DNA of 64,000 nucleotides from Eledone cirrhosa (Eukaryota). Within the stretch, counting starts at the first letter, position 1. The number at the start of each line of letters is the position of its first letter. The stretch lies in NCBI GenBank assembly GCA_964016885.1, contig CAXHJY010001394.1, positions 62,001 through 126,000 on the forward strand, in the 5' to 3' direction. The translations under genes were made by a program, and so were the position numbers. Below are positions 48,601-62,600 of this stretch, in pieces. Under the pieces are notes generated by a model that was given only the letters and a program-made list of their open reading frames with translations, had not been told where the DNA came from and searched no databases.

Positions 48601-51600
48601 TAATTTACTGTACTACTCGGGAACCTTTTAATAACACACAGGATTAAGTCCATGTTTGTTCAACCAATTAATGGTATCTGCTGTAGTAGGGGTAACGATG
48701 GAAATATGGCGATGATTAACTCCACCCTGGGGTATAATGTAGAATTCATATTTTTCAACTTGCCCATACGTGTATTATCCCAAAGTGAAAAACCAAGTTT
48801 TACATCAACGTGGTGATTTCAAAGTTTATTTATTTACACATGGTGGTGGTGGGGATACGGAAATAAACGAAGGTTGACGAATGACGTCACATTCTTCTAC
48901 TTTCACTTCTGACAGCCAATTCCGTTGTAGTGCCATATATAAACATGATGGTCACGGCTGGAACAACTTTAATTATAGGTCTGCTCAATCATACTAACAT
49001 GGGATTTAAATTGAGCAAAGTTGGAGTTGTCTCCCTTGGTACTTTACTACGCTACGTTTGTTTATATATATCATCATCATCATCTTCAACATTATCATTT
49101 AACGTTCATTGTTATCACACCTGCATGGGTTATACAGGTTGTCACGTTATGAGACATGTCAGGTGTGGAGACCAGGTCTCATATGGATGTGTATTTTGGT
49201 TTGGTTTCTAAGGCTGGATGCCCTTCTTAACACGAAACACGTTACAATGTGGACTGCACACTTTTGTATGACCACCTTACAGGATGAACTGGGTGTTTCT
49301 AGTGTTGTAGCATCAACGAGGTGTGTGGGATATTTAGCAGGTGAGGGCAGGGCCTTATGAATAGGAAGGGATGATGAGAAGATTGGTGAAGACTAGTGTG
49401 TTCTCTACATGTTTGTTTTATTTCATTTTCAGCACATGGGAGGGGGGGGGTCTTCTACATTACAGCATGACGCCAGAGATCTCGATCCTGTGACATTTCC
49501 ATTGAGAGGTTTAATTGGGCAAGGCGAGCTTTTATTATTTCATCCCAAGCTTTCCTAGGTCTTCCCCTTTCATAGTTAACATCGACTTTGACAACCCTGC
49601 ACCTTGTTATACAGCTGTCATCTTCCATATACATCACATGTCCAAACCACCACAATCTCCTCTCCTCTACACTGCATCTGACCTCTCTTATACCTAGTTT
49701 CTCTCTCAGTTTATTAATGCTTGTTGTTCATGCACACTATTACACATCTATCAGATCCTGTAAACTTCATTTCTTTCCAGTCTTTATAGGTCCTCTGAAT
49801 ATATTGCCCTGGTCTCACTTCAATGTAACATTGCTGTTTGTACACAGACTTCATACAATCTGCCTTTCACTTTCAGGGGAAATCATTTTGTAGGCATCAG
49901 TAGTAGTAGCTCCCTAAACTGTTTCCATCCCATTCTCACTCAGGCTACTGTACCTTCAGAACACCCACCTCCACTGTTAATTTGGTTAATTAAGTTAACA
50001 GAAATTATGAACCGGTTTCTACAGAGCCTTCTGGACATTTAACCCTTTAGCATTTAAACCAGCCATACCTAGCCAGAATACTCTCACATCTTTCTGTTCA
50101 AACCAGCCATAACTGGCCACTCATACTGACGTTAAGGTATTGTTCTCAATATAAATAATATCAAAATCTCATAGATTCGATATTATATGAGATAATTATG
50201 TAAGATAAAGCCTTTACCACAAAAATACAATAGTATATATAGAGTAATAAAAATGCTAAAGGGTAAAAGTAGCTTATTATTTTGTGAGCTCTTGCTACTT
50301 ATTGCTCTTGTGCATCAAGAACATACACAGCTTACATTTTGTTGCTAATCTCACTGAGATCCAACTACATCTCTTGTTTATCCATAGTTTGGAATTTCTA
50401 CCTACTCCTTTCCTTTAGAATGATCAAGGCCATTTTCTTGTGGGGATCTAGGCCCTGTTTTCCTTTCTATTTTGCCAAGTTATCTTACATCACTTTCATT
50501 CTAGACCATGCTTCCAGGTTTGGAATTTCTCCTCTAATTTTACCACAGATTAAGTGACAAGGGTTCAATCATGTGCATACAGGAGTTCCCATGGACAGCC
50601 AGTAATATGTAATAGCCTGCAGGATGATAATAAACAGAAGAGGGTTAATTACAGAGCCCTGATAGAGGGTTAATAACAGAGCCCTGATAGACTTGTTCAC
50701 TCAACTCCTCACTATAGCCATCATTACTTTTAACCTTACTGACTGCTCCTCCATACATGGCTTTTACTGCTCTCACAAGCCACTCATATACCCCTAGTTT
50801 TCTAAGTTATACACCAGATTATGGAAGGGGGAAGTCTCACAGAAGCTCTCTCTGGGTCAACAAATGCCAAGTAGAGGGGCTTATTTTAGCTAGGTACTAC
50901 TCTTGCAGTTGCCACACAAGGAAGAGGACATCAGTGGTACTTTTACCTGGCACAAATCCAAACTTCATCTCATCTAGGTTAACTTGGTCCCTAATCAGCT
51001 GTGTTATAAATCTAACACCTTCATGAAGTGGTCCATCTAATATTTCTATAGTTTTCTAGCTCTAGTACATCTCCTTTGCCCTTGTAGCAGTTGATGATGA
51101 TGATACTACACCATTTATTTGGTATGACACCATTTTGTATTACATGCTGTACGATACCAGTGGTTAAGATGTGACCCACCACCCCAGATACTTTCAGTAT
51201 CTCAGCAACTATCACCAATGGACAAGATACTTTCTCTGTCTTCATATCCTTAATTACCTTACTACACTACTGCTTACTTGTATGGCTGGACCCTCTGTTG
51301 GGCCCACTTTCCGTAGACTATCTTCCTCCCATGCATTCTCCTCATTCAGTAATCTTTCATAAAGGCATTTCCATGTTACAAAGGTTGGCTGAAAAGTTCA
51401 TAGACTATCAATGATAGCATGATGCTAGAGCTGTGAAATCTTGCCTGCATTAATTTCAACTCTTCTTATTAATAACTGCATTGTTTCCTTCCAGGGACTA
51501 TGTTGAAAAATAAACCTCATTTGGTCATTCCATGAGTGTATCTTGGTCTGCCTATGAACTTTTCAGCTGACCCTATTCAGCATCAGTGAGCCCAAATGCC

Positions 51601-53402
51601 CCATTATCATCCTGGACACACTTTACCCCAACATCACAATTTGCCCTCACACACTGCCTCACAATCCTGAACATCTCATGTATTTCATCCTCACATCATA
51701 AAACCAACTGAAATTATATATTCTCTGCTTCCCTCCTTGCAAAGAATACTTCTTGCCTAGCTTCCTGTAGTGTACCCTCCAGCTGCCTCCATTCTGCCAT
51801 TATTCCATGCCTGTCTCTTGGCCTTAACTGTCTCATCTACCCTAGTGTTTCACCACCAAGATACTCTCCTCTCTGAAGCCCTGCTCCAGCCACAGATCTA
51901 GTTTGACACCTTCAGCAAAGGTTCTTTAAGGAACTCCCACTGTTCCCCTATATTGTATGTTTCTATTTGTTCTTCCTTACTGTTGTAAAGATCAAACAAA
52001 ATATCTCTAAATTTGGAACTGGCTGAGGGGTCCTTTAACTTCCATATCCTTCTCCTCCAAGTTGCCCTCAGTCTTCAAGTTCATCTAAGTCTATGAAATC
52101 ACTAACTACTGGGTTATGTTGGGAGGTGCATTCTTCCCCAGGGGGTGGGGATTGTGTGTTTACAAATGTCAATATCTCATCTTCTGGTGAGGATAAAAAT
52201 CTGACTGGCATGCTCCTCTGACCAATAGGTGTTGAAGTGGTTGTCGGGTAAACGTTAAGACCCTCTGATATACATATATATATATATACTAGCAGTGGTA
52301 CCCGGCGTTGCACGGGATAACGTATTTCGGAACGCGGGCCGCCATCTTCCACTTCAGCCGGTCGCCCTAAAGTGTTGGCTATTCAGTCTACTTGAGGCCA
52401 GTTGGTGAGGGGGGGGTACAGCTTTCAGTGTGCTACTACCCTCACGGTCAAATAGAAAGGGAGAGGAAGAAAAGTCAGCGTTAATATCGTGCTACACGTT
52501 TGAAAGGTTGGATGACCTTAGAGTTCACCAGGGTGGGGGGTTCTAAAAGTATCTATCTTGGTATTTTATCTTAGAAGTAATCATTACAGAGTGTACTGGG
52601 TGTATTTTAGTGGGCAGTAATTCCATAAAGAACACAGTATAATCTGTGGACACAAGCCTTGCAGTGTGATTACAGGCAGGTTAATGGGAAAGATAGATTA
52701 TATATGTGACATGATGTACATGAGAAGTGAGGACACAGACCACACATGAAATAGATTCCTACAACTGTCAGGGAGGCTCCCTAGAATTACAGATGACATA
52801 TTTCAATATCTCGGTGATCAAGTTAGCAGTGGAGGAAGAATCTCTAAAAGTGTAATACCCAGGATAAGGACAGGCTGGAAGAAGTTTAGAGTACTGTTCC
52901 ATCTGTTGACAACAAAGGGCTTCTCTCTCAGAATGGAGGCTAGACTGCTTGATACTTATGTGTGGTCTGCAATCTACACCCCAGCCATGCCCCTTCCACT
53001 ACCACTCCTTAGCTATTTCTCTCCATTAATACTCCTCACATTTCAAGCAGTTTTCTCATCTCAATGAAAGAAAAATATTGGGCTCAAGAGAAGTCTTCAG
53101 TTATGCCATGGTGTGGCAACCTCCCTAGGGTTGGGCAGAGTGTAAATGAGAGTGAAATTAGGTATGAGAGGGATCATATGCAGTATACAAGAGAGTAGAT
53201 TACATTGGTATGGTCATGTGATGGGTATAAAGGATGACAGCTGTATAAAAATGTGCTGGGCAATCAAAGTTGATGGAAGTTATGAAGGCGGAAGACCCAG
53301 GATGACCTGGGATGAGGTGATAAAAGATGACTTTGCACAATTGCAACTCTCAAAGACAATGACACAGGATAGAGATCTTGAGATGTATGCAGCAATACAG
53401 AA
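45096..53402. repeat. Spacer copy D (8307 bp)
   Basis: Same content as spacer A at about +45325 to +45328. Confidence 0.95.
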
Positions 53403-56400
53403 GGCCCTGTGCGTCGATCGTGGGCCGGCCGGATGTTGACGGATCGATGTGTAATTAGAAGTACATGTGCGGACACTCATTGGCTGTGCGTGGTATGCAT
53501 TTCAGCAAGATATCTCCGTAACATCAAGAGTTATGGCTGTGGAGGCACACCTAGTCAAACGTAAACAAGCTCTGGAGCGTATACGCTTCGCGATTTTGTT
53601 TACGTTTGACTAGGTGTGCCTCCACAGCCACAACTCTTGATGTTACGGAGATATCTTGCTGAAATGCATACCACGCACAGCCAATGAGTGTCCGCACATG
53701 TACTTCTAATTACACATCGATCCGTCAACATCCGGCCGGCCCACGATCGACGCACAGGGCCGGATGGCCCGTTTGCAGTGAATTTTCACCGGAATCGATC
53801 TGTAATTACTGGTACATGTGCGGACACACATTTGCTGTGTGTGGTGTGATTTTCACGAAAAACTGCCCATGCTAAATGAGGAAGCTGAAGTCCGCCGGCG
53901 AATGGTGTGCTTCGAAGAAAACTAATTCGAAAATGACCGTTTGCAGGCGGAGTAACCTTTTCGATCGTGGGCCAGCCGCCCGTGGTGGGATACATCTGTA
54001 ATTACTGGTACATGTGCGGACACACATTTGCTGTGTGTGGTGTGATTTTCGAGAAAGACTGCCCATGCTAAATGAGGAAGCTGAAGTCCGCCGGCGAATG
54101 GTGTGCTTCGAAGAAAACTAATTCGAAAATGACTATTTGCCGGCGGAATCACCTTTTCGGTCCTGGTCCGGCCGGATCTTGCCGGATCGATCGGAAATTT
54201 GTGGACCATGTTCGGAAGGCCATTGTGCATGTGTGGTGAAAAAAATTTGTGTCGAAATCTTCTCGGAAAATAACGGATCGCCGGCGGAGATTGCCATTTC
54301 GATCGTGGGCCGGCCGGATCTTGTCGGATCGATTCGGACATATGTGCATCGTGTTCGCAAGGCCCTTGTCTATGTGTGGTGTGATTTTCATAAAGAAATT
54401 CCGAAAAACCCAGTTTTAAATCTGATTTCGCCAAAGAATTTTGGCTATCAGATCGGGTTGAAAGGTATGGTTTCAGGTCGATCTGAAAGTCTAAAATGGA
54501 ATTCACTCGGTTAGCTAACTTTTGATATATCGGAGATATCTTTCTGAAAATCACACCACACACTCCCAATGAGTGTCTGCACATGTACCAGTAATTACAG
54601 ATGGATCCCACCACGGGCGGCCGGCCCACGATCGAAAAGGTTACTCCGAAGCACACCATTCGCCGGCGGAATTCATTTAGCATGGGCAGTTTTTCTCGAA
54701 AATCACACCACACACAGCCAATGAGTGTCCGCACATGTACCAGTAATTACAGATGGATCCCACCACGGGCGGCTGGCCCACGATCGAAAAGGTTACTCCG
54801 CCTGCAAACGGTCATTTTCGAATTAGTTTTCTTCGAAGCACACCATTCGCCGGCGGACTTCAGCTTCCTCATTTAGCATGGGCAGTTTTTCTCGAAAATC
54901 ACACCACACACAGCAAATGTGTGTCCGCACATGTACCAGTAATTACAGATCGATTCCGGTGAAAATTCACTGAAAACGGGCCATTCTGCCCTGTGCGTCG
55001 ATCGTGGGCCGGCCGGATGTTGACGGATCGATGTGTAATTAGAAGTACATGTGCGGACACTCATTGGCTGTGCGTGGTATGCATTTCAGCAAGATATCTC
55101 CGTAACATCAAGAGTTATGGCTGTGGAGGCACACCTAGTCAAACGTAAACAAGCTCTGGAGCGTATACGCTTCGCGATTTTGTTTACGTTTGACTAGGTG
55201 TGCCTCCACAGCCACAACTCTTGATGTTACGGAGATATCTTGCTGAAATGCATACCACGCACAGCCAATGAGTGTCCGCACATGTACTTCTAATTACACA
55301 TCGATCCGTCAACATCCGGCCGGCCCACGATCGACGCACAGGGCCGGATGGCCCGTTTTCAGTGAATTTTCACCGGAATCGATCTGTAATTACTGGTACA
55401 TGTGCGGACACACATTTGCTGTGTGTGGTGTGATTTTCACGAAAAACTGCCCATGCTAAATGAGGAAGCTGAAGTCCGCCGGCGAATGGTGTGCTTCGAA
55501 GAAAACTAATTCGAAAATGACCGTTTGCAGGCGGAGTAACCTTTTCGATCGTGGGCCAGCCGCCCGTGGTGGGATACATCTGTAATTACTGGTACATGTG
55601 CGGACACACATTTGCTGTGTGTGGTGTGATTTTCGAGAAAGACTGCCCATGCTAAATGAGGAAGCTGAAGTCCGCCGGCGAATGGTGTGCTTCGAAGAAA
55701 ACTAATTCGAAAATGACTATTTGCCGGCGGAATCACCTTTTCGGTCCTGGTCCGGCCGGATCTTGCCGGATCGATCGGAAATTTGTGGACCATGTTCGGA
55801 AGGCCATTGTGCATGTGTGGTGAAAAAAATTTGTGTCGAAATCTTCTCGGAAAATAACGGATCGCCGGCGGAGATTGCCATTTCGATCGTGGGCCGGCCG
55901 GATCTTGTCGGATCGATTCGGACATATGTGCATCGTGTTCGCAAGGCCCTTGTCTATGTGTGGTGTGATTTTCATAAAGAAATTCCGAAAAACCCAGTTT
56001 TAAATCTGATTTCGCCAAAGAATTTTGGCTATCAGATCGGGTTGAAAGGTATGGTTTCAGGTCGATCTGAAAGTCTAAAATGGAATTCACTCGGTTAGCT
56101 AACTTTTGATATATCGGAGATATCTTTCTGAAAATCACACCACACACTCCCAATGAGTGTCTGCACATGTACCAGTAATTACAGATGGATCCCACCACGG
56201 GCGGCCGGCCCACGATCGAAAAGGTTACTCCGAAGCACACCATTCGCCGGCGGAATTCATTTAGCATGGGCAGTTTTTCTCGAAAATCACACCACACACA
56301 GCCAATGAGTGTCCGCACATGTACCAGTAATTACAGATGGATCCCACCACGGGCGGCTGGCCCACGATCGAAAAGGTTACTCCGCCTGCAAACGGTCATT

Positions 56401-56506
56401 TTCGAATTCGTTTTCTTCGAAGCACACCATTCGCCGGCGGACTTCAGCTGCCTCATTTAGCATGGGCAGCTTTTCTCGAAAATCACACCACACACAGCCA
56501 ATGAGT
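53403..56506. repeat. Palindromic satellite array 4: 1584 bp + 1520 bp
   Basis: Axes at 53582 and 55166. The last monomer is a hybrid of internal and terminal types. Confidence 0.97.
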
Positions 56507-56581
56507 TTAAAATACTCACCGTTTGATTTGGAAAAACTTAAAATGCTCACATATATATGTGTATGTATTTATCTATGCATG

Positions 56582-56627
<46 letters not shown>

Positions 56628-59600
56628 TGTATTTATCTATGTATTTATCTATATGCATGGATATATATATATATATATATATTTATCTATGTATTTATCT
56701 ATATGCATGGATATATATATATATATATATATATATGTATTTATCTATGCATGTATGAATATATAAAATATATATATATATATATGTGTGTATGTATTTA
56801 TCTATGCATGTATGAATATATAAAATATATATATATATATATATGTATGTATTTATCTATGCATGTATATATATATAAATATATACATAAATATATATAT
56901 ATATATATGTATTTATCTATGCATGTGTGCATACATATATATATATATATATGTATTTATCTATACATGTATGTATATATATATATATACATATATAAGT
57001 ATTTATCTATACATGTATGTATATATATATATACATATATATGTATTTATCTATACATGTATGTATATATATATATATATATATATGTATATAAGTATTT
57101 ATCTATACATGTATGTATATATAAAATATTGTCATGTTTACAAAAATATTTTTCTAATATCGTGTTTAATATTTTATATTGTCGTCTGCTTCTCTTCTCA
57201 CGTGGTTACTAACTCTCTCACCCTCTCTCTCTTTCCCCTCTCATACAACCCCTTCTTTCTCTTTCTTTCCCCTCTCACACAACCTCTTCTTTCTCTCTCT
57301 TTTTGCCAGTCCCTTCTCTCACTCTCTCTCCCTCTTCCTTTTTTATCTCTTTCTTTCTGTCTCTGTTTCCCTCCTATAGACATTCTCTCTCTCTCTTTCT
57401 GCTCTCACTCAGCCTTCTCTCTCTTTCCCCTCTCACACAGTCTTCTCTCTCTCTCTTTCCCCTCTCACACAGCATTCTCTCTCTCTCTCTCTCTCTTTCC
57501 CCTCTCACACAGCATTCTCTCTCTCTCTCTCTCTTTATTTCCCCTCTCACACAGCCTTCTCTCTCTATCTATCTATCTCTCTCTCTGGAGATTTTTTAAC
57601 ACAAAGTCACACAAGGATTAGAAAAATGGCGATAATCACTTTGAAAGTAACAATTATGCAATAAATAGTTGTTATTGCCACGTCTCGTATCCTCCTTTGG
57701 CAATGTGTAAAATGTTAGCGAGATCGAGTGAACAATACACAAGTTATAATACTTTACAGACGGGACTTATATAGTAGATGTAGCAAAATGCGTAGATTAC
57801 GATTCTTGAGACGAGATTAAAATATACGATTATGGGATACTTTAAGAAGACGAGTAGATGTTTGAGTAGATTTAGCTGCTTTTTCTAGCATTTTTAGTTA
57901 TACTTTGAAGCACATTTTTTTTGTTACTATTATATTAAAAGTTATCTGGTTACGTTATTTGACTGGTATTTCTAGCATTTTACAAGGACCACGTGTGTGT
58001 TTTATTTAAGGAAGATCTAGTTGTTATTTCTGATATTTTCTTCATCAAGTTAGTTGCTATTTCCTGCATCCTCTTGAAGACAAGAAATAATAATGAATTA
58101 GCTGCTGTTTCTAGTAGGTTCTATGGTAGTGATGAGCGTGGGAGGGGGGTTTGACTGCTATTTTTAGCAGGTTCTAAGGCATTGAGGTTTATGTTTTACG
58201 AGAGATTTGGCTGTTATTTCTAACATGTTATAATGGAGAGAGAGAGAGAGTATAAGATATACAGAGAGAGGGAGTATAAGATATAGAGAGAGGGGAAACG
58301 GCCGATGTTTACGTTGAGAAAACCTAATAAAATGTTATAAATGGGTTTATAAAGAATAGAATGAGATAAACAAGACAAAGTTAGATAAAATAAATCAGCT
58401 GTAAGGATATTATACGATATATTTATAATATTTTAATATATTTTTCCTGGTCGTCTGCTGCCATTGATAGAGAGAGGAGTGGTGGGAGGTAGCCATAACA
58501 ACCGTGGTAGCAGCACTGAGGTTTGTTTTTAAAGAAGTGAATACAAGAAAAACAAGCAACTAAGAATATTAATCTCTTAAACCCTTCAAGATGTGTATGA
58601 CAAGAAAGAAGACGTTTTAGAGTCGTATGACATAGATGATAACTGGAAATTCTTACGTGACAACTTACTGCAGGCTACTGAAGAAACTTGTGGCTGGAGC
58701 AGAGCTCCGACCAGACAGAGAGTGACCTGGTGGTGGGACAACACGGTAGATAAGGCCATTAGAGACAAAAGACTAGCATGGAACACTTGAAAAAATGGTG
58801 GGAGTAGAGACCGATACACAGCTGCTAAGAGAGAAGCTAGACGTCAGATGTACTTAGCACGCACGGAGGCTGAGAGTAGGAGGTTTGCCAATGTTCTGTG
58901 ATGGGAAGATCAGAGGCGTGCGGTGTTCCACATTGCAAGGCATGGTGTCAGTGTAAATCAGGATGTTGTTGGAGATAAGTGTATCCGGAATGATGCCAGT
59001 GTACTTGGTGTCACGAATGATCAAAAAAAGGAGGCCTGGAAATATCATTATGAGAGGCTGATGAATTGTGGAGAATGAATGGGAGAGAGGGAAACTATCC
59101 CCAGTAGACCCAACAGAGGGACCAGCTATTGAGATTGGGGAATATAGGGTACAAGAGGCAATTAAGGAAATGAAGAATGGCAAGGCTACTGGACTCTAGG
59201 GGATAGTTGCTCAGATGCTGAAGGCATCAGAAGTAGGCACTAAACTGGTTACACACATCATCAATCAAGCTATATATGGTAGTGTCATACCCAAAGAATG
59301 GTGCAGCAGTATTCTCATAAATTGGTACAAAGGTAAAGGGGATGCTCTGGAGAGGAGCAATTATATGGGCACTTCAATATTTAATGATACAGGTGATAAA
59401 ACAACAACTATAAGGTAAATAAGTCACCTTATGTTATTTACAAACATTAACGTCCACCTTAATATGAAATAATCACCATAAAAGAGGAAGCGAGGGCATC
59501 GGCTACCGGCACCCGGGCTGCTCTCTCATCCTGAGTGGGATCTTCCAGCGTTGATGCATCACCACGTTGATGCATCACCACGTTGATGTAAAACTTGGTT

Positions 59601-62600
59601 TTTCACTTTGGGATAATACACGTATTTGCAACTTATTTATGTTTATTTACGTTGAGCGTAATCGATTTGTTTCCATATCTCCACGCGTTTTATTTCATAG
59701 TCATAGTTATAAAATTAGAAAACTTTCTTTAAAAAAAACAAATTAACGCGGGTAACTACAAGATAACCTTGTTTTGTAATACTGGCAGACATTGAAGATT
59801 CTTTATGGATGGTTGATACTCAGCTGCCAGGAACACAGGATGTGGCAGAGGGTATAAGATTTGCCTGCTATTTCTAGCAACTTCAATGACCACATAATTG
59901 GTTTGTAATTTTGTTTTAAAGTGTAAGGGTTTACACAGCCATTTATGAATTTCTAAGAGATACGTTTACGATGAGATACACTTATTAAAAATACTTTCAT
60001 TGCATAGTTCCGTTTGTAAAGGCTTTAATTTACTGTACTACTCGGGAACCTTTTAATAACACACAGGATTAAGTCCATGTTTGTTCAACCAATTAATGGT
60101 ATCTGCTGTAGTAGGGGTAGCGATGGAAATATGGCGATGATTAACTCCACCCTGGGGTATAATGTAGAATTCATATTTTTCAACTTGCCCATACGTGTAT
60201 TATCCCAAAGTGAAAAACCAAGTTTTACATCAACGTGGTGATTTCAAAGTTTATTTATTTACACATGGTGGTGGGGGGGGGATACGGAAATAAACGAAGG
60301 CTGACGAATGACGTCACATTCTTCTACTTTCACTTCTGACAGCCAATTCCGTTGTAGTGCCATATATAAACATGATGGTCACGGCTGGAACAACTTTAAT
60401 TATAGGTCTGCTCAATCATACTAACATGGGATTTAAATTGAGCAAAGTTGGAGTTGTCTCCCTTGGTACTTTACTACGCTACGTTTGTTTATATATATCA
60501 TCATCATCATCTTCAACATTATCATTTAACGTTCATTGTTATCACACCTGTATGGGTTAAATAGGTTGTCACGTTATGAGACATGTCAGGTGTGGAGACC
60601 AGGTCTCATATGGATGTGTATTTTGGTTTGGTTTCTAAGGCTGGATGCCCTTCTTAACACGAAACACGTTACAATGTGGACTGCACACTTTTGTATGACC
60701 ACCTTACAGGATGAACTGGGTGTTTTTATTGTTGTAGCATCAACGAGGTGTGTGGGATATTTAGCAGGTGAGGGCAGGGCCTTATGAATAGGAAGGGGTG
60801 ATGAGAAGATTGGTGAAGACTAGTGTGTTCTCTACATGTTTGTTTTATTTCATTTTCAGCACATGGGAGGGGGGGGGGGTCTTCTACATTACAGCATGAC
60901 GCCAGAGATCTCGATCCTGTGACATTTCCATTGAGAGGTTTAATTGGGCAAGGCGAGCTTTTATTATTTCATCCCAAGCTTTCCTAGGTCTTCCCCTTTC
61001 ATAGTTAACATCGACTTTGACAACCCTGCACCTTGTTATACAGCTGTCATCTTCCATATACATCACATGTCCAAACCACCACAATCTCCTCTCCTCTACA
61101 CTGCATCTGACCTCTCTTATACCTAGTTTCTCTCTCAGTTTATTAATGCTTGTTGTTCATGCACACTATTACACATCTATCAGATCCTGTAAACTTCATT
61201 TCTTTCCAGTCTTTATAGGTCCTCTGAATATATTGCCCTGGTCTCACTTCAATGTAACATTGCTGTTTGTACACAGACTTCATACAATCTGCCTTTCACT
61301 TTCAGGGGAAATCATTTTGTAGGCATCAGTAGTAGTAGCTCCCTAAACTGTTTCCATCCCATTCTCACTCAGGCTACTGTACCTTCAGAACACCCACCTC
61401 CACTGTTAATTTGGTTAATTAAGTTAACAGAAATTATGAACCGGTTTCTACAGAGCCTTCTGGACATTTAACCCTTTAGCATTTAAACCAGCCATACCTA
61501 GCCAGAATACTCTCACATCTTTCTGTTCAAACCAGCCATAACTGGCCACTCATACTGACGTTAAGGTATTGTTCTCAATATAAATAATATCAAAATCTCA
61601 TAGATTCGATATTATATGAGATAATTATGTAAGATAAAGCCTTTACCACAAAAATACAATAGTATATATAGAGTAATAAAAATGCTAAAGGGTAAAAGTA
61701 GCTTATTATTTTGTGAGCTCTTGCTACTTATTGCTCTTGTGCATCAAGAACATACACAGCTTACATTTTGTTGCTAATCTCACTGAGATCCAACTACATC
61801 TCTTGTTTATCCATAGTTTGGAATTTCTACCTACTCCTTTCCTTTAGAATGATCAAGGCCATTTTCTTGTGGGGATCTAGGCCCTGTTTTCCTTTCTATT
61901 TTGCCAAGTTATCTTACATCACTTTCATTCTAGACCATGCTTCCAGGTTTGGAATTTCTCCTCTAATTTTACCACAGATTAAGTGACAAGGGTTCAATCA
62001 TGTGCATACAGGAGTTCCCATGGACAGCCAGTAATATGTAATAGCCTGCAGGATGATAATAAACAGAAGAGGGTTAATTACAGAGCCCTGATAGAGGGTT
62101 AATAACAGAGCCCTGATAGACTTGTTCACTCAACTCCTCACTATAGCCATCATTACTTTTAACCTTACTGACTGCTCCTCCATACATGGCTTTTACTGCT
62201 CTCACAAGCCACTCATATACCCCTAGTTTTCTAAGTTATACATCAGATTATGGAAGGGGGAAGTCTCACAGAAGCTCTCTCTGGGTCAACAAATGCCAAG
62301 TAGAGGGGCTTATTTTAGCTAGGTACTACTCTTGCAGTTGCCACACAAGGAAGAGGACATCAGTGGTACTTTTACCTGGCACAAATCCAAACTTCATCTC
62401 ATCTAGGTTAACTTGGTCCCTAATCAGCTGTGTTATAAATCTAACACCTTCATGAAGTGGTCCATCTAATATTTCTATAGTTTTCTAGCTCTAGTACATC
62501 TCCTTTGCCCTTGTAGCAGTTGATGATGATGATACTACACCATTTATTTGGTATGACACCATTTTGTATTACATGCTGTACGATACCAGTGGTTAAGATG

